DNA of 64,000 bases from Calditrichia bacterium. Lineage in GTDB: Bacteria > Calditrichota > Calditrichia > JAJRVZ01. Of the stretch, positions 55,278 through 63,388 are shown one piece after another (positions within the stretch are counted from its first letter, which is position 1; every line of letters starts with the position of its first letter). The translations under genes and the position numbers were made by a program. The notes beneath the pieces are model-generated. The model was not told the DNA's origin. It searched no databases and was given only the letters and a program-made list of their open reading frames with translations. The stretch covers positions 64,001 to 128,000 of the forward strand of contig CAWCNS010000007.1 in NCBI GenBank assembly GCA_963796965.1, given 5' to 3'.

Positions 55278-55525
55278 CAAACACAAAGTTCTCAAAGGAG
55301 ACGCCAAGGGCACTAAGTATCGACTTTTTTTTAAATTTTGGAACGTTGGTTAATAGAGATCTATGATTTTAATCTAAAGTATAGGATAAGCAAGATCTAC
55401 AACTCTATATTTTTTCTTTATGTCCTTTGTGCCTTTTCCCGACTTTAGTCGGGATGGAAGATTTCATCCCGATATATCTACGTGCTGTAGAAATTTATAT
55501 CGGGGCTTAGCGTTTTTGCGGTTAA
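55278..55525. repeat. CACAAAG/GCTAAG-type element with two nested palindromic inserts
   Basis: aaacacaaagttctcaaaggagacgccaagggcactaag / ctttgtgccttt[tcccgactttagtcggga][ggaagatttcatcccga..atcggggc]ttagcgtttttgcggtt. Confidence 0.7.
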
Positions 55526-55618
55526 GAGCAGCTAAGCCGATAAGCGATACTCTTATAAATCAGCCACGATTTCGCAGAGCGTTTAACATTACCGGAACTA
55601 TGACAGGCCGGGGGGATA

Positions 55619-56776
55619 ATGGCGCATCATTTTTATCTCATGCACATCTGGAAGAAATCCGCACGTTTTTTGTCAAAATGGCATGTGGATCTTCAAAAAT
55701 ATCTTCTCCTTTTAATTATCTTATTTAATTTTACCTGTGGGAGCCATCCAACAGAGAAAATGGATTATGAGGACCTTTGGTCCTATTCCTCACCAGAAAT
55801 ACAGGATATGAATGCAAAGGTTCTGGATTCAGCTCTGGTGCAAGCACGAACTTTGGGATTTGTGGATGGAATGCTGGTTATTAGAAACGGGTATATAGTT
55901 GCCGAAGCGTATTTTAACGGGTATGATAAGAATCACGCCCATAATATTATGTCAGTGACAAAAAGTTTTTTATCTGCCATAACCGGAATAGCTGTAAACC
56001 AGGACTATATTGTATCTATAGAAAAAAAAGTGTTAGATTATTTTCCTGAGTATGTTCATCCGGGTATGGATGTAAGAAAACCAGACATTACAATCCGGCA
56101 TTTGTTGACGATGCGGATGGGAATAGCGGGGGAAGCTGAAAATGATTATGGCGTATTTCAGCATATTTATAATTCCGATAACTGGTTACGTACAACGATA
56201 GAATATCCGCTATTAGATGATCCCGGTACAAAAATGCGCTACAATAGTTTTCAGACCCATCTTCTGGCTGCAATACTCACCAAAGCCACAAATATGAGCC
56301 TGTTGAACTTTGCGAACAGGTATTTATTTGATCCATTAAATATAGAGATTGACTATTGGGAACAGGATCCGCAGGGTTATTATTTTGGTGGGAGCAATAT
56401 GTTTATGAGACCCCGTGAAATGGCCCTTTTGGGATATTTATATCTAAATAAAGGCCGGATTGGCGATGAGCAAATAATCCCTGAGGATTGGATCGACCTG
56501 ACACTTACAGCCAGCACAGATTTTAAACATCCTAATCAATGGGGCGATTTTGAGAACTATAATTATGGCTATCTATGGTGGTTGGGTCAGATAGGCGGGC
56601 AGAATATGTTTATGGGATATGGCTATGGGGGCCAGTTTGTGGTGGTCTTTCCCGGTCTCAATCTCATTATCGTGTCAACCGCTAAAAATCAGGTTACTTC
56701 CGAGGTCTCAAACAATCAGGAATGGGCTATATTTAATCTCATATCCACTTATATTTTGCCTGCCGTAAGTAATTAG
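55619..56776 (+). CDS. Serine hydrolase, beta-lactamase class C-like; start uncertain
   Basis: SVTK (SxxK), HLLTM, YNS, YGYLWW, GYGGQ. Confidence 0.88.
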   Translation: MAHHFYLMHIWKKSARFLSKWHVDLQKYLLLLIILFNFTCGSHPTEKMDYEDLWSYSSPEIQDMNAKVLDSALVQARTLGFVDGMLVIRNGYIVAEAYFNGYDKNHAHNIMSVTKSFLSAITGIAVNQDYIVSIEKKVLDYFPEYVHPGMDVRKPDITIRHLLTMRMGIAGEAENDYGVFQHIYNSDNWLRTTIEYPLLDDPGTKMRYNSFQTHLLAAILTKATNMSLLNFANRYLFDPLNIEIDYWEQDPQGYYFGGSNMFMRPREMALLGYLYLNKGRIGDEQIIPEDWIDLTLTASTDFKHPNQWGDFENYNYGYLWWLGQIGGQNMFMGYGYGGQFVVVFPGLNLIIVSTAKNQVTSEVSNNQEWAIFNLISTYILPAVSN

Positions 56777-56846
56777 ATATCATCTAAACCTTCCAATTTG
56801 TAAATTAAATCATGAATTCAGAGAGGAAATTCAATTGTTTATAATA

Positions 56847-57414
56847 ATGAGAAACCTTTGTTTTTTATCGGTTTATATTCTATTCCAGGGATGTGCAGAA
56901 GAACCGGATAGGATAAAAATTACAGTCAATGCTTAAGAAGAATATCAAACCATCGATGGTTTCGGTGCTTCCGATGCCTGGCGATGTCAGTTTGTAGGCA
57001 AAAACTGGCCAGTTGAGAAACGAGAGCAGATAGCAGATCTTTTATTTAGGCAAGAGTTTGATGATGGGGGCAATCCTAAAGGCATGGGGTTGTCAATTTG
57101 GCGGTTTAATATTAGTGCCGGTACGGCAGAGAAGGGTGATGATTCAGGTATGGGAAATATCTGGCGCCGTGGGGGAGTCTTTTCAAAATGCTGATGGCAG
57201 CTATGACTGGACAAAGTTAGCCGGGCAACAATGGTTTTTAAATGCGGCCCGGGAACGTGGTGTAGGGCGCTTCCTTGCTTTTCCCAATGCCCCACCCGTT
57301 CATCTCAGCCGCAATGGGAAGGGCTATGCGGAAAAGGGAATTATCCGATTTAACCTGAAGCAAGGAAAAATGGATAAGTATGCCGGCTATATTGGAATGA
57401 GGACAAACGCGTGA
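56847..57414 (+). pseudogene. Truncated GH30-like glycoside hydrolase fragment
   Basis: QTIDGFGASDAW, GMGLSIWRFNI, YDW..GQQWFL, NAPP; in-frame TAA near 56934, frameshifts, and C-terminal two-thirds missing. Confidence 0.7.
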
Positions 57415-57526
57415 GAGCGGTTGCAATAAAATCGTGGCTGTCATTCTAAAATTTCAGTGGAGCAGAATAATTTATAATTCTATATATTACTACAACTTTT
57501 TTTGAATTAATAACCAGGGTAAAACT

Positions 57527-59458
57527 ATGACTTCATATGTATCCAAATGTTTTTTGATTTTATGTCTCTCTCTCATAATATTCAGTCCGGGTTTCGCTCA
57601 ACAAAAACCTGCTATTGAGAACTATCCATACCCGGGATATGCTAATCTGTTAGAAAAGGCCGGCTGGTTGCAGGAAGACCTTCATAAAAACAACATGCAA
57701 TATGGCATTGTTATGCCCAGGGTTTTGCTTCCACCCCAGGGAAATGCCGATCTCTCTTCTGCTCATCAGGAAGACGGTGGAAACCGTACCGGCCCGTATC
57801 TGGCAACTTTAAGTTTTCAGTATGCGGTAACTAAAGACAATAAGGTTAAAAAGTGGGCAAACGAATCGTTTGAGGCAATTGAAATACTTGAGAAAGTAAC
57901 AGGCGTCGAGGGTAGTATTGCCCGAAGTTTTAATAAATCGACTGTGAAACAACGCCATGAAGACTGGTTCTTTTTTCCTATGGAGTGGCATCAGTCGACA
58001 CGTATGCCAGGTTACCGCTGGATTGGTGATCCTAGCTCAGATACCTATGCCAATCTTATGTATGGGCTGGCAATGTACTATGACTTGGTGGCTGATGATT
58101 TGTACAAAAAAAGAGTGCAGGATTGGGTAAGAAAAGTTAGCGACCGAATGATTGAACACGATATGCGAATTGTAGATGTTGATGGAAAAATGACACTCTG
58201 GGGAAATTACAGCCCCTCGCTAGACAAGGAAAAATTGAACTTTCTGCTACCCCTGTTTCATCTTAAAACAGCTTACCACATTACAGGCGATGAAAAATAT
58301 CAGGAAAAATATCTCGAACTTATTGATATACACGGGTATGCAGATGAAGCCATAATGGCTGCATCTTTTAAACCCCCTTACGTACCCTGGGATACGTATC
58401 ATTTTATGAAAGGTGTATATCTGCTTTTGAAGTACGAATCAGACCACTCTTTACGGAATAAATATTTAGCAGCACTTGAGCGGTTTTGGCTGAAAGAATA
58501 TCCATGTAAGAACATGACGCTGCAACTTGTTTACAACCACTATGTTCCGGATCAGGGAGGTTTTAATGAAGAGTCCGTAAAACAACTCATTGACTGGAAT
58601 GGTGCAAGAAGATGGGAAGGCGATCAGATGTTGCGAAATGGTAATGTGGCAGAGCGTATAACAGGAATCTGGATTGAGCCGTCACATTTTTATCTTCTCG
58701 TATACTGGAAAGCTCGTTATCATGAATTGCTAAATGCCGATGGGAAAATTGATAGTGGCCATCCACCGGAATGGGCTTTGCCGAAACCTGACAAGTATGA
58801 AGGGATGGTTTATGTTCCGGCAGGAGAATTCACGATGGGCAGTAATAGCGGTGACAAAGATGAGTCGCCACAACGTAAAGTCTATGTGGGTGCGTTTTAT
58901 ATTGATCGTTTTGAAGTTACCCAGGGGCAATACGCAAAATTCAAAAAAGGCTACAAATACGATGAAAATATTGTGGATGAAACGGTTCATAAAGAGGAGT
59001 GGATGGACAGTAAAAAGCCGGTTGTAAATATAAACTGGTACGAGGCAGTTGAATATTGCAAATGGGCAGGAAAACGTCTCCCAACAGAAGCTGAATGGGA
59101 AAAGGCATCACGCGGTACCGATGCACGAAAATATCCGTGGGGCGAAATGCACGATATGAGTTTTGCCGAACCCGATGGTATTGCAAAAACAGCTGCATGG
59201 CGGGCCGGTAAAAGTCCGTACGGTGCCTATTGGATGGCCGGGGGAGCATGGGAATGGACAGCAGACTGGTATCAACCATATCCCGGAAATCCTGTTAAAA
59301 GCCCGGCTTATGGAGAAAAATATAAGGTAATCAGAGGGGCATCCCGCTTTGCCGATCCAAGTATGCAACGTTGTGCGCATCGCTATTACCTTGATCCAAA
59401 TATGAAACAGAGTGGCTATCCCGTAGGATTTAGATGTGTGATTTCGGCAGATGAATAA
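57527..59458 (+). CDS. Secreted fusion: helical domain paralogous to 22363-23733 plus FGE-sulfatase (SUMF1/EgtB/PvdO-like) domain
   Basis: C-domain MVYVPAGEFTMGS, FYIDRFEVT, RLPTEAEWEKASRG, MAGGAWEW, VGFRC. Confidence 0.8.
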   Translation: MTSYVSKCFLILCLSLIIFSPGFAQQKPAIENYPYPGYANLLEKAGWLQEDLHKNNMQYGIVMPRVLLPPQGNADLSSAHQEDGGNRTGPYLATLSFQYAVTKDNKVKKWANESFEAIEILEKVTGVEGSIARSFNKSTVKQRHEDWFFFPMEWHQSTRMPGYRWIGDPSSDTYANLMYGLAMYYDLVADDLYKKRVQDWVRKVSDRMIEHDMRIVDVDGKMTLWGNYSPSLDKEKLNFLLPLFHLKTAYHITGDEKYQEKYLELIDIHGYADEAIMAASFKPPYVPWDTYHFMKGVYLLLKYESDHSLRNKYLAALERFWLKEYPCKNMTLQLVYNHYVPDQGGFNEESVKQLIDWNGARRWEGDQMLRNGNVAERITGIWIEPSHFYLLVYWKARYHELLNADGKIDSGHPPEWALPKPDKYEGMVYVPAGEFTMGSNSGDKDESPQRKVYVGAFYIDRFEVTQGQYAKFKKGYKYDENIVDETVHKEEWMDSKKPVVNINWYEAVEYCKWAGKRLPTEAEWEKASRGTDARKYPWGEMHDMSFAEPDGIAKTAAWRAGKSPYGAYWMAGGAWEWTADWYQPYPGNPVKSPAYGEKYKVIRGASRFADPSMQRCAHRYYLDPNMKQSGYPVGFRCVISADE

Positions 59459-59618
59459 GATGTCCAGCGTTAGGTCTTACCGGTTGCATCGTCCTAAAAA
59501 GTATGGCTGGAAAAAGAATATCAAGCCGACTCATTTAGGAACAATAAAGGCACATTCATACACGTAATCTAGCTGATGGTTTGCAAAAGTTTATCAAAAT
59601 ATCTATCTGAATGATAAA

Positions 59619-60851
59619 TTATGGTGCAACCGCCTGCATAAGGATACCGCACAACCACGCCCCATAAGTGCCAACCGCATAACCAAGCACAGCCAGCAGA
59701 ACGCCAACCGGTGCTAAAGAAGGATGAAAGGCTGCTGCCACTATTGGCGCAGATGCCGCTCCGCCGATATTTGCCTGACTGCCTACAGCAATAAAAAAGA
59801 ATGGCGCTTTTATTAACTTGCCGACGACAAATAAAATGACAATGTGAATCAATATCCAAATCACGCCAACGACTAATAATCCCGGATTATCGAATATTGC
59901 CAGAATATTCATTTTTAATCCAATTACCGCGACTAATATATATAAAAATACGTTACCAATTTTTGACGCGCCGGCACCCTCTAAATCTCTGAATTTTGTG
60001 AATGATAATAACAAGCCACCTGTCGTAGAAATAACCACAATCCAAAAGAAACCTGATGTTACGCTGAATTTTTGTAGAATGGGAAAATTACTTTTTAAGA
60101 AAGGTGCTAAATTATCAGCTACTAAGTGGGCAATTGCAACAACGCCAAATGCCACAGCGATAATTTTGAATAAATCATTAAAAGACGGAATACGCATAAT
60201 TTCGGACTGATATTTTTCCATTTTCTCTTTAACATGCTCGATGTCTGATGTATCCGCTTTTAAATACGTATCAATTCTTTCTGTTATTCCAGCGCCATAT
60301 AAAAGAAAGGCCATCCAAAAACCATAAATCAGAACGCTGGTTGTAATCATTGCAGAAAATAAATCATCACTAACATTAAAAACTTCCTTCATGGCTACCT
60401 GGTTCGCGCCACCACCAATCCAATCACCGGCCAGGGTTGCTAATCCCCTCCAAACAGCGTCGGGACCGGTACCGCCTACCACTTCAGGTGCAAATTGAGA
60501 CACGATCCACACAGCAGCCGGACCGCCAATAATTATTCCGCTTGTTGCAGTCAGCATCATAATATTAGCTTTTGTTCCGAGTCTTAAAAACACTTTTAGA
60601 TCAATACTCAAGGTGAACAGGACAAGACTGGCCGGAAGCAAAAATCTGGAAGCTACAAAATATAATTTAATGCTATCACCATCCACAATCCCGAATGAAT
60701 TTAAAAGCGATGGTACAAAATAGCATACCAATAAGACTGGAAAGACTTTATAAAATTTGATCCAGAATTGATTTTTACTTGATGATGTGTGGAAAATCAG
60801 GGAAAGTACTACCACTAAGATTCCCAAAATAACCGCATTATTTGTAATCAT
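59619..60851 (-). CDS. DUF819-family multi-pass membrane protein
   Basis: About 11-12 TM segments; LAGDWIGGGANQ, GSQANIGGAASAP, GYAVGTY. Confidence 0.88.
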   Translation of the reverse strand: MITNNAVILGILVVVLSLIFHTSSSKNQFWIKFYKVFPVLLVCYFVPSLLNSFGIVDGDSIKLYFVASRFLLPASLVLFTLSIDLKVFLRLGTKANIMMLTATSGIIIGGPAAVWIVSQFAPEVVGGTGPDAVWRGLATLAGDWIGGGANQVAMKEVFNVSDDLFSAMITTSVLIYGFWMAFLLYGAGITERIDTYLKADTSDIEHVKEKMEKYQSEIMRIPSFNDLFKIIAVAFGVVAIAHLVADNLAPFLKSNFPILQKFSVTSGFFWIVVISTTGGLLLSFTKFRDLEGAGASKIGNVFLYILVAVIGLKMNILAIFDNPGLLVVGVIWILIHIVILFVVGKLIKAPFFFIAVGSQANIGGAASAPIVAAAFHPSLAPVGVLLAVLGYAVGTYGAWLCGILMQAVAP

Positions 60852-61035
60852 ATGCCTCGCCAAAGAATGAGTAATAGAAAATTAATAATCAGTTTTCAGG
60901 ATAAATCTAAAGAACTGGTCAAATTAAAGAAGCTATAATTCTTTTCAAAACCCGAAGTAGCAATTTATTGAGCAATTGATAAAGAATTTACCAATATGAT
61001 AGTAAAGTTTGTGTTTTTTCCATAATTTAAATAGC

Positions 61036-61177
61036 ATATAACACAACGTTGCAACGGAGCGCAAACGCATGCTGGTTTCCGCTTAATCAGGTAGTGTCAT
61101 CCCGATAGAATCGGGATATGAAAAAATGGAAAATTGGATTAAAGGATGAAACCGCCCCGTGTCCGCTTGGCTCCGCC
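61036..61177 (+). other. Truncated attC-like hairpin
   Basis: ATATAAC-acaacgttgcaacggagcgcaa left arm; gtttccgcttaatc/gattaaaggatgaaac and acggagcgcaa/ttggctccgc imperfect pairs; no terminal GTTRRRY. Confidence 0.35.
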
Positions 61178-61198
61178 AGCCTTTACGGGACAGGCAGA

Positions 61199-61687
61199 AA
61201 CCACAGAGAAATACTCTGAGAACTCCTAAAGAATATCCTCTCAAAGATATTACTGATAAAATAATCTCCTGTGTCCCGATTTATCGGGAAAATTCATTCT
61301 TTACTTGGACCAGGTTTATTGGAAAATTTATATTAAGAAACCATGGAGTATGAGTTAAAGTCACGGGGAATTGAGTATAAAAGACAGAAACAACTCGAGA
61401 TTGAATATAAGGGCAATCCTATTGGTAATTTTCAATTAGATTATTTGATAGAAAACAAGGTGATTGTTGAGTTAAAATGTGTTGACAATTAAAAATATTC
61501 ATATCGCTCAGGTGATGATATATCTGAAAGCAGAAAAGCTACGAGTTGGACTATTGATCAATTTTAATGTCGACAAATTAAAAAAGGGAATAAGGGAGCC
61601 ATATTATAAGAGATCACAGAGGGGAGATAATGAGAAACGGTATTAACTCAAATAAAATTAATAAATTACTCCGTGTACTCTGTGGTT
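61199..61687 (+). mobile_element. AACCACAGAG-bounded element carrying a GxxExxY gene
   Basis: Terminal inverted repeats AACCACAGAG (61199-61208) / CTCTGTGGTT (61678-61687), with an inner cacagag arm at 61615. Confidence 0.6.
61228..61609 (+). pseudogene. GxxExxY (PD-(D/E)XK_3-type) nuclease pseudogene
   Basis: Manual translation ITDKIISC../IHSLLGPGLLENLY*ETMEYEL..LDYLIENKVIVELK../HIAQVMIYLK..GLLINF; TAA at 61334, palindromic insert 61274-61289, frameshift near 61490. Confidence 0.85.
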
Positions 61688-61724
61688 ATTTTTTACACTT
61701 CCCTTAATCAATATTGGAGGAAAA

Positions 61725-61910
61725 ATGAAAGTATCATTAATACATTCATTATTGATATCTATTTTTTTTGTTCTTCTATTCCAGCGTTCTCCAGCTGAAA
61801 ATTTAGCAATAAAACATCAGGTTACCGGACCTGTTGATGCAAATTGCTATCTTGTTTATGGAGATGAGACGAAAGAAGCAGCGCGTATAGATATAGGGAT
61901 TTTTCTATGA
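61725..61910 (+). pseudogene. N-terminal fragment of an MBL-fold metallo-hydrolase
   Basis: GGAGG RBS, signal peptide, VTGPVDANCYLVYGDETKEAARID; ends before any HxHxDH motif. Confidence 0.55.
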
Positions 61911-63193
61911 AACAGGTTTTAACGACTATAGAACTTTTAGACATGCATATGAATGAAAATACGGTTATTCTGGACTCCCGTCCATCTGCTGCATACAACG
62001 GATGGCCTCTTTCTGGTGAACAAAGAGGCGGGCATATTCCGGGCGCTATATCCTTTCCTGCGGACTGGTTTAATGAGCTTTCGGAACAGGAATTAAATGA
62101 ACTGTTGAGAGAAAAAGGAATCGAAAAAAATAAAACAATAATCGTAACAGGTTATGAACCTGAGGCAATTGAATTAACAGCAAATAATTTAAAGCGTCTG
62201 GGATTTCCAGCAGTTTTAACGCACAACAATGGTATGTTGGATTGGATAACCGACTTTGAACGGCCATTGCATTTTTTACCGAATTTTAAGCATCTCATTC
62301 ACTCTGACTGGCTAATGAAATTGCTTAACGGAAATGATCCTGAAGCGGGCGGAATTGGTGATTATGTTTTGGCACACGTCAACTTTGATAATTGGGGAGA
62401 TTATGATGAAGGGCATATCCCAGGAGCCATTTGGCTCGATACGCTCGCATTGGAATCTGAAGAAACCTGGAATGCCCGCACGCCTGATGAAATGGAGGAA
62501 GAACTGCGGGAACATGGAATCACCAAAAATACAACTGTAATTTTGTATGGTAGAACAGCAAATCCCAATATGTCGCAGGCACATCCGGGCAAGCAGGCGG
62601 GGCAACTTGCCTCTATGCGGGCCGCATTGTTGCTTTTGTATGCCGGCATTCGAGATGTGCGCGTGTTGGATGGAGGTCTTGGCGCCTGGTTAAAAGCAGG
62701 CGGAGAAATTACCCGAGAGGAAACAATTCCAATACCAGTTAAAGAGACGGGATTAAACATTCCTGAGAATCCCGACCTGATCGTATCGACACCAAAAGCA
62801 AAAGAAATGATAAAAGGAGCAGATTCCGAACTTGTCAGTGTTCGTAGTTGGGAAGAATTTACTGGTGAGGTCAGCGGATACCATTATATCAAAGTCAAAG
62901 GACGTATTCCTGGAGCTGTCTTTGGAAATTGTGGTTCTGACGCCTATCACATGGAAAATTTTCGCAACCCAGACGATACGATGAAAAGTGCAGAAGAATT
63001 AAAAACCAAACTCGCCGAATCCGGGATTGTTCCGGAAAAACATATCGCTTTTTATTGCGGTACAGGATGGAGAGCGAGCGAGGCATTCTTTAGCGCCTGG
63101 TTGATGGGATGGCCCAAAGTCTCTATATATGATGGCGGTTGGTTTGAATGGAGTTCGGATCCCAATAATGTATTTGAAACAGGATTGCCTTAA
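61907..63193 (+). CDS. Three-domain rhodanese / thiosulfate sulfurtransferase (YnjE-like)
   Basis: GHIPGA twice and GRIPGA; active-site loop YCGTGWRA; YDGGWFEWS. Confidence 0.9.
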   Translation: MKQVLTTIELLDMHMNENTVILDSRPSAAYNGWPLSGEQRGGHIPGAISFPADWFNELSEQELNELLREKGIEKNKTIIVTGYEPEAIELTANNLKRLGFPAVLTHNNGMLDWITDFERPLHFLPNFKHLIHSDWLMKLLNGNDPEAGGIGDYVLAHVNFDNWGDYDEGHIPGAIWLDTLALESEETWNARTPDEMEEELREHGITKNTTVILYGRTANPNMSQAHPGKQAGQLASMRAALLLLYAGIRDVRVLDGGLGAWLKAGGEITREETIPIPVKETGLNIPENPDLIVSTPKAKEMIKGADSELVSVRSWEEFTGEVSGYHYIKVKGRIPGAVFGNCGSDAYHMENFRNPDDTMKSAEELKTKLAESGIVPEKHIAFYCGTGWRASEAFFSAWLMGWPKVSIYDGGWFEWSSDPNNVFETGLP

Positions 63194-63388
63194 CATGGGG
63201 CTAAGTTCCTATTTTTACCTTAATTTTCCAATATTTGACTTGATCATATGCTGAATAAAAGTACAGCTATCGTAGCCGAAACCTCACGATCAGGCGTTCC
63301 AAAGTTGATGTTGTGCACTGATAATCTGCTCAAACTCATAAAATCATGTTAGCTGGAACCCTTACCTGTAAATAAAAGGATAAGAGAT

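Noticed and set aside
55619..56776. Antibiotic-resistance beta-lactamase
   Set aside because: Motifs fit the broad class C-like serine hydrolase/esterase family; nothing specific to true beta-lactamases.
55561..57449. 12-bp inverted match CAGCCACGATTT / AAATCGTGGCTG around the serine hydrolase and GH30 fragment
   Set aside because: Does not extend, no target duplication or transposase; a match of this length is expected by chance.
56932..61336. Genome-wide stop-codon reassignment suggested by in-frame TAA in the GH30 and GxxExxY relics
   Set aside because: TAA, TAG and TGA all terminate normal genes in this window, and both relics have other lesions.
63190..63357. Second attC-like site after the rhodanese (CCTTAAC ... 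GTTAGCT)
   Set aside because: I could not find convincing internal complementarity between the ends.
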